Part shown: positions 24,676 to 37,300 of the stretch, one piece after another
How positions within the stretch are numbered: the first letter of the stretch is position 1
Layout of the letters: each line of letters begins with the position of its first letter
DNA from: Mobula hypostoma
Taxonomy: Eukaryota
Direction of reading: 5' to 3'
Assembly: GCF_963921235.1 (NCBI RefSeq)
Contig: NC_086097.1
Coordinates: 133,178,001 to 133,242,000, forward strand
Length of the DNA stretch: 64,000 bases
The notes under the pieces: generated by a model
What the model was told of the DNA's origin: nothing
The model's database searches: none
The model's input: only the letters and a program-made list of their open reading frames with translations
Position numbers and translations under genes: made by a program

Positions 24676-27269
24676 TAGATTTCTAGCATCTGCAGATCTT
24701 CTCATTGAAGATAAATAAAAATTTGTATTAACATAGTATTGGAGTGAATGTGTAAGTATAGTCAGCATTGAGTACAGTGAGCAGAAGTGTCTCTTTCCAT
24801 GCTGTCTCTTTCTGGCTCTACATGAGTCAACAAAAGTGGAGCTTAATTAATATATAAAAGCAGTGACATAATAATTGGATACTCTGATTGCCAAAGTGTA
24901 ACAGGGTTAGAGAAGCATATTGAATCGTATTCAGGGAATTAAGCTGAAGTAACAGGCTGCTGGAGGAACCCAGAAGACTGAGCAGAATATGAGGGATGGG
25001 GGTGGTGAAAGGAGCTGTCTGCATTTCAGGTTAACGCCCTGGATTAGAACACAGATGCGACTAGACTTTCTGAGTTTCTTTGCTGTCCGTTTGTTGCTCC
25101 AGATTCAAACATCTGCAATCTCTGTCTCCAAATTCAAACAGCTCTGCAGTTTGTACTGTAGCTCCATTAAAGAAATCTGGCATGCAGGCAGTAATGTCAG
25201 CGATAAAGGAAGATGTGTATGTTTGTGCACTTACAAAGAAGCTTTGTTCCCTCAGAGTCGATGGACAATTGCAGTGAGAGCTCACCCTTCACTGTGCCTG
25301 GGTTCTGCTGTCTGTGTGGGGAGCAGCCAAATTCCTGGCGAGTTTTTAAGAATTTCTCCCATAGTTAGTCCCACCAGTGACAACTATGGGTCCCTTTGTT
25401 TTACACCGGTTCCCTTTTGACCTTGGGCAAACAATTTGAGAACTGCAAATAGGGGAGTGGGGTGGTGGATTTGAGTTGGAGCCTTGTCCACTCTGCACAT
25501 TCTTGAAGTCCTCATTATTTCTCATTTTGTTGTTTGCTTGAACTTTGTGGGGCCTGATTGCTTTTGTTTTTGGTAAGGGGCAAAGTTCACCAAGGGAAAT
25601 GTAGACCAGCCCTAAAACTGTGGATCTCAGCCAATATCATGCAGCGAAGGAAGCCCACTAAAGTCTCCAGTCACTCACCGGCTTGCCCTTTCCATGGCTT
25701 GTTTTACCTTTTCTATTTGTTCACTGATTACAAGACATCATGCCCAAAGGTACCCAGCCTGGTCGTGCACCTATTTTCTCAACCCCTCTTCACTGACTTT
25801 CCTGAAGTAATAGTAAATGCAGGCAACACACTAAAAGCTCAGTGGGTCAGGCAGCTTCTATGGAGGGCAGCGGACAGTTGATATTTCTGGTCAAGACCCT
25901 CCATTTGTGCTATCTGTCTAATAAGTGCGATTGTGTACAATGTTCATGCCAATTTGACTTGCTGCCAGTGAAATGCTAGTAAAGTATATTTTATACAGGA
26001 AAATGCAGAGAACATGTGCAAAGGAAGCTTCCATAAATATCAATCAGACAGTGATCAATTGGTCCACTGTTCAGAGGTGTGCAAAGTCAAATTTATTGTC
26101 ATGTGCACAAGAATGATGCACAGGTGCAATGAAAAACTCAAGTGCAGCTGCCTCACAGGCACATGGCATCATACAAGCAGCATTCAGAAGATAAACATTT
26201 ATGTATATATTTTACAAGAGCATGATTAGCGGAAAAGTGAGCAAACCAAGTCCATTTTGGTCCAAAATGGTCACAGTGTTGCTGAACTGCAGTGGTTAGG
26301 GTTGTGCCAGCTGGTTCAAGGACAGAATGGCCGAAGGGGTAGAAGATGTTCTTGAACATGGTGGTATGGGACTTCAGGCTTCTGTACCTCCTGCACGATG
26401 GTAGCTGCGAGAAGGTAACATGGCCCAGTTGGAATTCTTTGAGGATGAATGTTGCCGCTTTGAGACCGCTGCTCATTGAGATACCACTGATGGTGGAGAG
26501 GGATATGCTAGTAACTTATTGAGTAGAACTGGGCAAGCAGAAAATATTTCCAGGAAATAGTACCTGGGTCCAGCAGATCTTTTGCCTTCCTCTGAGAGAA
26601 CCGACAGTCTTGGTGTAATGTTCCAGTTGAAGTTTGGCACCTCTGGCTGTAAAGTACTTCTTCACCACTATGTTGGGGTGACAGCTCACATGTTACACAG
26701 ATCTTAAAAATGGGAGTTGGCCAAGCTGTTAGGCTTAGTCAAATAAAATTCATTTCCATAACCTACACAAAAGCAACCTTCATAATGACTTGAGTTGTAT
26801 TCTCTTCTGTTTCCTTAAACAGAGTATTCATTGATGAATACTTTAAAGCTGCAACAGTCCTCTCCCAATGCAGTATTTAGAGGACACAAAAGAAATGGCT
26901 CCACCACTGAAAGTGGGTGTGTTGATTTGGTTGAGATTTTTTCATTATATGTAATGCCCACTTGAACGATATCACATTGCTACCCTAACTCACCCTCATT
27001 TGCCTGGCGCTCGGTTATTATCAAAACAAACCTGCTGCCTGACTTTTGATCTAAACCAGGCAATGGCCTCTTCAAAATTGTCTATTGTCAAGTGCACAAG
27101 TATATGTATACACAGATATAATGGAAAAACTTACACCAGCATCACAGGCACATGGTATCAGATAAGCAGCATTCAATGGAGAAACATGAGCATTGATTAG
27201 ACACAATTTTACCAGAAAGGAGAAAAAAAACTCTCAAAGAACTTTTGTGTGTCATAGGTGCCTTTTATC

Positions 27270-27830
27270 AAAACGCAAGTCACAGCTCCCTGAAAATGCT
27301 GACATAATTAGATAGTGAAGAAAGCATTTAGCCTGCTTGCTTCATAATTGGGGGTTGGGAAATAATGCTGCAGCTGTGGAAGACACAAGTATGGCCACAC
27401 TTGGAATATTGTGTCCAGTTCTGTTCACTGCAAGATGGAAAAGAATGTGGTAGCACTAGAAAGAGTGCAGAAAAGATTCCCCAGTATATTGCCAGGAATG
27501 GAAGGATTTAGTTATAAGGAGATATTGGACAGACTGGGATTGTTTTCACTGGAGGGGTGATCTTAAAGTGGTCGATAAAATTTATGAAGGTCATAAATAG
27601 GGTTTTACAGTCTTTTCTCCCCAGGGTAGAGGGGTATAAAACTAGAGCAGGTGAGAAGGGAATACTTAAAGGAGACATGAGACAAATTTTTACCCTCCTG
27701 CACTTTGTGGATGTGGAACAAGATGCAGCAGAAAGTAGAAGCGGTAGGTGCAGGCACAATGCTTAAAATGCACTTGGATTGGATAGGGATAGAGGGATAT
27801 AGGCTTAATGCGGGCAAAGGGGATTGGGAT
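27270..27830 (+). mobile_element. Old CR1 LINE 3' fragment
   Basis: PHLEYCVQF, LERVQKRF and SYKEILDRLGLFSLE remnants. Confidence 0.85.
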
Positions 27831-28709
27831 TCAATCCTGACCAGACTTCGTGTTCATTTTACCCGTTCTTCCTGTGACTACATGGGTTTTCTCCAACTGC
27901 TCCAATTTCCTTGCATTATTGAGTTGGTAGATCAAATGACAGCTGCAAGTTGCCCTCTGGGGGCGAGTAATTAAATCTGGGGAGATGTTGATGGGAATAT
28001 CGGGAGAATTGGATTAGTGAAGGTCAGTGCAAACAGCAGACTTAAGGGCTGCTTCTTTACTCTGTGAGTATAACCAGCTTTTGCCCCTGAAGTAAATAGA
28101 GGACTTAAAATCACTCCAGCAATAAACTTTGTAGTTGCTATTAATATAAATGGAAGGTCAATACCTTCTTGTCCCTTGACTGGTTCTCTCAAAAAGAGAC
28201 AGTCTGATTCATCCCACATTCCTGGTCTGTTCCCATTCACTCTGACTCAAACGTAAAATAGGGTACTCAGACATCAAATATGCACAAAAATATTCTTTCT
28301 TATTTCCCTTCTGGTACATTAACCATGGTTAAAATAATTGACTACTGAGCTGCTTGGCAATGGAAACAGTTTTCACTGTTTTTTCTTCGCACTTTTTTGT
28401 GCACTTATATTTCAACTTCCATCAGTCATTCCTGCTGTAGGGAAAACAGCCAGAGCTGCTCCAACTTCTGCCCAACCCGATGAGATGAACTGAGATGCCC
28501 TTCTTCACGTGGTAGGTACCAGTGTTTCCTGCAAGTCTCCAGCTGGTTTGCACAGCCCAAGTATTCTAAACACTTGTTAAACATGTCATATCAACTTGCA
28601 TTGCTACCTTTTAAAAGCATTGTGAATTCTACCTCTGCCCCTGCCACCCAACCTACTCAATATCCTTTTGCTCTTGTGTCCCTTCCCACCCAAATAACAC
28701 TCAGGCTGT

Positions 28710-29570
28710 CCTGCCTTCAGAGTATCAAAGGCTGAAAGGCAACCTGATGAGAGGTAGAGGCAGGGAAGTCTTCGAGGATGGATACAGCAGAGGCTAAAGC
28801 TTTAAGGTGAGAGAATAAAAGTTTAAAGGGGATTAACAAGGCACAATTAATGCCCTGCCAGAGGAGATGAAAAGCCTGTATACGATTTGGATGAAAACTT
28901 GGGTACAAACAATGGCAATGTTGTGGATAGTACAGAAGGTTATCAAAGGATACAGCAGCATATATACCAGTTGGAAATATGGGCAGAGAAATGGCAGATG
29001 GAATTTGATACGGATATGTATGAGGTGTTGCACTTGGGAAGGTCAAATGAAAGAGGAAAATATGCAGTAAATGGCAGGACCCTTAGGAGCATTGATGTAC
29101 AGAAGGAAATTGGGATCTAAAAACATAGCTAACTGAAAGTGGCAACTAAAGTACACAGACTAGTACTGGTGTACTTGTCTTCATCAGTTGGGTGTTGAGC
29201 ATAAAGGTCAGGAGGTCATAGTTATACAAAACATTTGGAGCATTGTATGCAGTTCTGGTCACCCATAACAGGAAGAATGTGAAGTGCGGAGAGGGTGCAG
29301 AAGAGGATGATGCCATTAGCTACTGTTTAAGGAGAGGCTGGACAAACATAGATTATTTTCTCTGGAATGATGGAGGCTGAGAGATGACCTAATAGAGGCA
29401 AAAGCAGGATAAATGGACAGTCTTTTTCCCAGGGTGCAGATGACAAATATTAGAGTGGGCGGGGGTGGGGTGAGTTTAAAGGAAATTTTCAAGGCAAGTT
29501 TTCTTGCACAAAGAGTGGTAGGTGGAACAGGCATAAATGGAAAGTGAAAGCAGGTACAGTAGTAGGGAAT
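28710..29570 (+). mobile_element. CR1 LINE fragments
   Basis: VVDSTEGYQRIQQHIYQLEIWAEKWQMEF and HLEHCMQFWSP. Confidence 0.85.
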
Positions 29571-30904
29571 GGACCACTGGGAAATTAGAATGACCAGCTT
29601 GTGAGGAATTATTGCTGATTACAGACAAGTTGCACACAGCATAATCCCACAAGATGCACAGGGAAGTGAGATGTGTTTATATTGATTCTCCATCTCTCAC
29701 CTGAAATGGACCTGTTTTCTCACACCACTGTGTTCAGCATAATTTCCTTATGCATTTACTTGCCTTATATGTTCCAGTAAAAGGCAATTCAAATCATTTG
29801 CATTCAATAACCTTGACTTACATGGTGCTGCAAAATTAAAACACTAACTAAGCCACACAAGGAGATTCTGCGGGAGCTGAACTAAAGTTTAGTAAAAGGG
29901 GTAGGTTTCACTCAAGATCTGAGGAAGATAGTTAGTAAAAGGGCTTAAGCACAGCTGGTGAAGGTGAATTGATCCATTTTAATGATGTACAAGAGTCCAG
30001 TATTAAAGGATCACAGGTGTTTTAGAGAAATTGAAAGGGCTTGAAGAGTGACCTAAAAACTAGGTTGCTAGTTTCCCAATCAAAGTAAACAACACTCTCT
30101 TATTAATAGTTTCAGAGAAGGAAGACATGAACATTTGTGTGAATTATTCTCTTTCAAAATTCATTTTAATGTGTGTTTTGTGTGTATTGAAAGTCAGCCT
30201 TTCTGGAAGTGAAGAATAAAAGTGATGACAAGGGAGAATGGCTTGAAACATATTGTAATGCAGGGGTTGTAATTCTCCTTCCCACACCAACACTGGGAGT
30301 ATCAAAGTACTTTTGTATTGTGCAGTCATTTGAAATATGCCACTAAACCCACAGATTTAAAGAACACAAGCACTCAATAAAACAGGAGCAGGCGTAGTCC
30401 AGCAGGCCTCTGAAGCCTGCCTCACCATTCAATATGATCTTAGCTAATCTATGCCGGCCTCAACTCTTTTTTTCTGTGCCAGTTTCTCATAATCCTCCAT
30501 TCCTCGACCTTTCACATATTTATTTATCTCTTAAATATCTTTAATGATCTGGCTTAAATCACCCTTGAGAGCAGAGAAGTCCAGAGATTCGCCATGCTCT
30601 AAGAACCTCAAATTTATACCACTCTATCCTCACAGCCTTGAAAATGCTCCTATTTCAAGTAATGGGTAAATCCTTGGAAAATTCCCATTCTTCCTTTGCT
30701 GATTTAGACAGTACATTGACAATACATCCCATATTGCACCTAGCTATTGTATATGGAAAGAATCCCATTCCCTCTCCCTCAACCCCAAACACTGAATAAT
30801 TAGCTGGAGGAAGATGCACATTTTAAATCTCTGCCCCAGTTCAGACTTGGCGCTGATGGCTGAGAGTGTGTCTTTAATTCAACCTGTCTGCTGCCAGTTC
30901 TCAA

Positions 30905-31490
30905 AGTATGGTGCCCTCGTCTCCTTCAGCCATGATATTGAGTGTAGGAGTTCGGAGGTCATCTTGCAATTGTGCAAATTGTTGCTTGGGCTGCACTTGG
31001 AGTACTGTGAGCAGTTCTCATTACCATGTTACAGGAAGGATGTGACTAAGGAACAGAGCGTGCAGAAATGATTCTAAAGGACGATGCTGGGACTAGAAAG
31101 CTTGAGATTATAAGGAGAGACTGGATAGGTTAGAACTGTTTACCCTGGAACATTGGAGGCTGAAGCGTGACCTTGTAGAAGTTTATAAAATCATGCAGGG
31201 CATAGCAGGTAGATTCATGGTCTTTTTCCCAAGATAGTCAAAAACTAGAGGGGGCGGGCTTGAAGTGAAAGGGGAAGGATTTAAAGGCGATCTGAGGAGC
31301 AAATTACTCACAATGGGTAATGGGAATATGACAAACAGTCAGAGGATGTGGTAGAGGCAGGTGTGATTCCAACATTTAAAAGACATTTGAGCAAACACAG
31401 CCAAATGGGCACAGCTCAGATAGGCTCCTTGGTCAGCCTGAACGAGTTGAGCTCAAGGATTTGTTTCTGTGCTGTATAACTCCATGAATC
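30905..31490 (+). mobile_element. CR1 LINE 3' fragment
   Basis: LHLEYCEQFSLPCYRKDV and DLVEVYKIM, with a CR1 tail (gtttctgtgctgtataactccatgaatc). Confidence 0.85.
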
Positions 31491-32912
31491 TAAGTCTTTT
31501 TAGCCTATGAGTCACAGTCTATTCCTGGCAATTTTTTCTGTGCAATTTTTGGGTTTGCTACTAGAAACCTGACAATTTGAATCACTCACTTAGTTCTTGG
31601 ATTTATTTCCTCCTCTAAGGACTGGAGTTTTATTTGATTTAGTGGTTCTCGACTTTTAATAACCATGCATGTGACGCACTTTGGCTATTTATATGGAGAT
31701 GGTTTGCACAGCAGTTCCTTTGGGAGCTTGTTTTCAATTATGCTGCAATCTAACTTTACACCTCTAAAAATAAACCTGTAATCACCAGTATTTGCTTGTT
31801 AATTGAGAATTACCATAACGTGGTCCCTTAGGTACAATTTTACCAGAAACCACGAGGCTTTGATGTATTTGACATGACCTCATCACTGGAAACCAAAAGA
31901 TTCCCTTTAACTTCATTGCAAAGTAGATCTGCTTCTGAGTGGAACAAGGGAGAATGTTTCTTTTCCTGTGCTAAAAGAGATTCAAGATTATAAGAACCTA
32001 AGGAATGGGTCTGATGGGAAGGCTCTGAGAGTCAGCATGAACCCAATGGACTGAATGGCCTGCCTGTGTGCAGATTATGAAAGTACAAGTAATAAAGGAT
32101 GAATGCCCGATGGAACCAAACTTCAGTAACAAAAGTCAACGCACTGACACATAGCGCGTTGGCACTTTTCACAAATAATGAGAATAGACTATCCCACTTT
32201 TTTTTTCTCTATCTCAGCAACCCCAGGCCCAGCTGAAGGGTCTCAACCCAAAATGTAAATGTCCATCTCCCTCCACAGATTATTGACCTACCGGGTTCTT
32301 CCAGCTGCTTGATTATTTTTTGAAACCAACCCCCTCCTTTTATAGGGGCAAGTTGCTGACATAATGAGACTACAAGTAATAGAATTCGGAGCAGCAAGCA
32401 ATCTGCTGGAAGATATTAGTGGATTAAGCAGCATTTGTGAGAGGAAAGGAATTATCAATTGTTTGTGGAGCTAACTGTTAAAGCTTGTTCTGCCATTTAA
32501 TAAAATCAGGACTGATCTGCTTATGGCCTGGGCTTCACAATCTCATCTACCTTCAATAATATTTCACCCTCTTGCTTATCAATAATCTATCTACATCTGC
32601 TTTAAAACTTTTCAGATACAACTTCCACTGCCCTTTTTCAAAGGAAAATCCATGGACGCGCAAGAGAAAAATTTTGCTTTTCCCTTAAATGACTAACCCC
32701 TTATTTTTCATCAGATGCAAATTTACAGGACCCTTCTTCCAAAGTCCCAGTGGCGTAGTGCCCTTTTGCATGGGCCTTGTCACTAGCTTTTATAGTTTAG
32801 GGGGATATAGTTTCAAATGTGTTTTTAAACTCTTTCTACTCTCCAACAATTGCTTCAACAGCAAGGGTTATATGTGTATATTTCTACATATATATATTTT
32901 TAAGGTCTGGAG

Positions 32913-33787
32913 GAACACACAAAATACGGAGGAACTCAGAGGATCAAGCCACATCTCTGTAGGGAAATAGTTCCCTCCATGATTCCCACATCTATTCATC
33001 TCTCACCACTGATCTCCCTCGCAGCACTAATCCCTGCCTGCAGCCAAAATGTTGCACCTGCCCATTCAGCTCCTTCCTTACCTCCATTCAGTGTCCGAAA
33101 TAGTCCTTCCAGGCAAGGCAACACTTCACCTGCGAACCTGCTGGAGTCATCTTTCATGTCCAGTGCAGCCTCCTCTACATTGGTGAGACCTGTCATAAAC
33201 TGGGGGAACTGCTTTGCCGAGCACCTCTGCTCCATACAGCATAAGCAGAACTTCCCAGTAGCCAAACGTTTTAATTCTGATTCTCATTCTTTTTTCAATA
33301 TATCGGTCTATGGCCTCCTCTTGTGCCACGATGAGGCCACCCTCAGGGTGGAGGAGCAACACCTTATATTCTGTCTGGGTAGCCTCCAACCTGATGGCAT
33401 GAATATCAATTTCTCCTTCCGGTTTAAAAAAAATCTCTCCCACCACCCCCCTTCTATTCCCACTCTGGCCTCTTGCCTCTTCTCACCTGTCTATCACCAT
33501 TCCCCCGGGTTCCATCCTCCTTCCCGTTCTCCTATGGTCCACTCTCCTCACCCATCAGATTCCTTTCCTTCCAGCTTTTTGCTTTTCCTACCGACCTGGC
33601 TTCACCTATCATCTTCTAGCTATCCTCATGCCTTTCTCCCCCATCCCACCCCCACCTTGTTATTCTGACGTCTTCCCCCTTCCTTTCCAATCCTGAAGAA
33701 GGATCTTGGCCTGAAATATCATCTTCATTCATTTCCATAGATGCTGCCTGACTTGCTGGGTTTCTCCAGTAATTGTGTGTGTTGCTA
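32913..33787 (+). mobile_element. Penelope-like element: inverted partial pLTR, GIY-YIG 3' part, pLTR with hammerhead motif
   Basis: ORF contains CFAEHLCSI...FPVAKRFNS...RVEEQHLIFCLGSLQPDGMN. The left end aacacacaaaatacggaggaactcag is complementary to the right end ctccagtaattgtgtgtgtt. CTGAAGA at 33693-33699 and GAAA at 33713-33716. Confidence 0.9.
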
Positions 33788-34351
33788 GGGAAGTAGTTGG
33801 TGTTTTGGGTCAAGACCCTTCATCTTGACTATATGAAATCCCTGTTAGGAAGTTGTACTCCTGTTTTATTCTGAGTAGTGTTTCCATTAGTTGGAGAGCC
33901 TAGGATCCAAGGACACCATCTCAGAATAATGGGAAGTCTCTTTAGAACCTAAATGAGGAATTTCTTCAGACAAGGGATGGTGAGTCTGTGGAATTCGTTG
34001 CCACGGAGCACTGTGGAGGCCAGCTTATTGGGTATGTTTAAGGCAGAATTTGATCCGTTCTCATTTGGCAACATGGTTAAGGGTTCTTGGTGGGCATGGG
34101 GTAGGCAGGAGAATGGGGTTGAGAGAAAAATAATGCAGGCTTAATTGAATGGCATCGTAGTCTCCATGGAATTGGTCCAGTGGTGCTCCTATATATTCTC
34201 TTCAGTTCTACTTTTACACTGTGGTATATTGCCCATGTTATTGGAATGCTGATCCCAAGGCTTAACTAATGCTTCAAAGGGTTACAGATCCCACTAAGGT
34301 CCATTAAAAATCTGCCCCTTTATTCAGTTAAATGAGTGTGTTTTGATTGAG

Positions 34352-37300
34352 ACATGACTGCGCAAGCGTATGGATGTCAGGCGGTTTGAACAGCAAGAAG
34401 AGTTTTAAAAGAGACAACTTGGTAGAACGGGTGTTAGAGTAGAGGGAGACAGAGTAGGAGGGCTTCGGCGAGGTAGGTTGCCTGTATAGAATAGAAACAG
34501 GAAGCGTGTCTGTGAGGCCGGTGTTTTGTGCCTGGTATCAGATGTGGGAAGTCCTGGAAACTCCCAGCCTCCCGGACAGCTACATCTGTGCCAGGTGCGT
34601 TGAGGTGCGTCGAGCTGCAGCTCCTTAGGGAACTGGAGATGCAGCTTGATGACCTTCATCTGGTCAGGGAGAGTGAGGAGGTGACAGAGAGCAGCCATTG
34701 GCAAGTAGTCACACTGGGGCCTCGGGAGACAGATATGTGGGTAACAGTCAGGAGAGGGAAGGGCAGGAGTCAGAGGTTAGAGAGTACCCCAGTGGCTTTT
34801 CCCCTTAACAATAAGTACTCCTGTTTGAGTACTGTTGGGGGAGGGGTTTGGGGAGGACCTACCTGGGGGAAGCAACAGTGGCCGTGCCTCTGGCACAGAG
34901 TCTGGCCCTGTGGCTCAGAAGGGTAGGGAAAGGAGGAGGATAGTAGCAGTGATAGGGGACTCTATAGTTAGGGGGTCAGACAGACAATTCAGTGGACACA
35001 GGAAAGAAACACGGATGGTAGTTTGCCTCCTGGATGCCAAGGTCCGGGATGTTTCTGATCGAGTCCACAATATCCTGAAGCGGGAAGGAGAACAGCCAGA
35101 GGTCATGGTACATATTGGTACCAATGACATAGTAGGAAAAGGGAAGAGGTCCTGTAAGCAGACTATAGGGAATTAGGAAGGAACTTGAGAAGCAGGACCA
35201 CAAAAGGATTACTCCCTGTGCCATGCGACAGTGATTATAGGAAAAGTGAGGTGGAGGATAAATGCGTGGCTGAGGGATTGGAGTAGGGGGCAGGGATTCA
35301 GATTTCTGGATCATTGGGACCACTTTTGGGGCTGGCATGACCTGTACAAAAAGGACGGGTTGCACTTGAATCCGAGGGGGACCAATATCCTGGCTGGGAG
35401 GTTTGTTAAGGCTATTGGGGAGAGTTTAAACAGAATTGTGGGGCGGGGGATGGGAACCAAAATGAAGAGACAGAGGAAGGGGCGGTTGGCTCACATATAG
35501 AGAATGCTTGTAGACAATGCGAGAGGAGAGATAGTCAGGTGATAAAGAAGGGATGCGCTCAGACCAATGGTTTGAGATGTGTCTACTTTAATGCAAGGAG
35601 TATTATGAACAAAGCAGATGAGATTAGAGCGTAGATCAGTACTTGGAGCTATGATGTTGTGGCCACTACAGAGACTTGGATGGCTTGGGGGCAGGAATGG
35701 TTACTTTGAGTGCCAGGCTTTAGATGTTTCAGAAAGGACAGGGAGGGAGACAAAAGAGGTGGGGGCATGGCACTGCTGATCAGAGATAGTGTCACGGCTG
35801 CAGAAAAGGAGGAAGTCATGGAGGGATTGTCTACTAAGTCTCTGTGGATGGAAGTTGGGAACAGGAAGGGGTCAATAACTCTACTGGGTGTTTTTTTATA
35901 GACCACCCAATAGTAACAAGGACATCGAGGAGCAGATAGGGAGACAGATTCTGGAAAGATGTAATAATAACAGGGTTGTCATGGTGGGAACCCAAATATT
36001 GATTGGCATCTCCCTAGAGCAAGGGGTTGAGATGGGGTGGAGTTTGTTAGGTGTGTTCAGGAAGGTTTCTTGACACAATACGTAGATAAGCCTACAAGAG
36101 GAGAGGCTGTACTTGATCTGGTATTAGGAAATGAACCTGGTCAGGTGTCACACCTCTCAGTGGGTGGGCATTTTGGAGACAATGATCAGAATTAATTCTA
36201 TTTCATTTACCATAGCATTGGAGAGGGATAGGAACAGACAAGGAACTTAGAAGCATACATTGGGAACAGATGTTCTCAGGGAAATGAATGGCAGAAATGT
36301 GGCAGATGTTCTGGGGGTATTTGCGTGGCATTCTGCATAGGTACGTTCCAATGAGACAGGGAAAGGATGATGGGGTACAGGAACCGTGGCGTACAAAAGC
36401 TGTTGTAAATCTAGTCAAGAAGAAAAGAAAAGCTTACAAAAGGTTCAAAGTACCAGGTAATGATAGAGATGTGGAAGATTATAAGGCTAGCAGGAAGGAG
36501 CTTAAGAATGAAATTAGGAGAGCCAGAAGGGGCCATGAGAAGGCCTTGGCGGACAGGATTCAGGAAATCCCCAAGGCATTCTCCAAGTATGTGAAGCACA
36601 AGAGGATAAGATGTGAAATAATAGGACCAATCTGAAAAGCATGAGCATATAGATATTAGAAAGAGGATGTGCTGGAGCTTTTGGAAAGCATCAAGTTGGA
36701 TAAGTCACCGGGACTGGATGAGATGTACCTCAGGCTACTGAGAGGCGAGGGAGAAAATTGCTGAGCCTCTGGCGATGACCTTTGCATCTCAGTAGGGGCA
36801 GGAGAGGTTCTGAAGGATTGGAGGGTTACTCAAGAAAGGGTGTAGAGATAGCCCAGGAAATTATAGACCAGTGAGTCTTATTTCAGTGGTTGGTAAGTTG
36901 ATGGAAAAGATCCTGAGGCAGGACATATGAACATTTGGAGAGGCATAATATGATTAGCAATAGTCAGCATGGCTTTGTGAAAGGCAGGTCATGCCTTACG
37001 AGCCTGGTTGAATTTTTTGAGGATGTGACTAAACACATTGATGAAGGTAGAGCTGTTGATATAGCGTATATGGATTTCAGCAAGGCATTTGATGGAAGTT
37101 CTCCATGCAAGGCTTATTAAGAAAGTAAGGAGGCATGGGATCCAAGGGGACATTGCTTTGTGGATTCAGAATTGGCTTGCCCACAGAAAGCAAAGAGTGG
37201 TTGTAGACAGGTCATATTCTGCATGGAGGTTGGTGACCAGTGGTGTGTTGACCAACAATCAGTTCTGGGACCCCTACTCTTTGTGATTTTTATGAATGAC

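Noticed and set aside
28441..28515. Possible cassette exon (ctgtag|GGAAAAC...gtaggt)
   Set aside because: In-frame TGA in the Golli frame, weak pyrimidine tract and no homology support.
32979..33668. 229-aa ORF, the longest in the track, as a host gene
   Set aside because: It is a frameshifted PLE GIY-YIG remnant running into the pyrimidine-rich pLTR.
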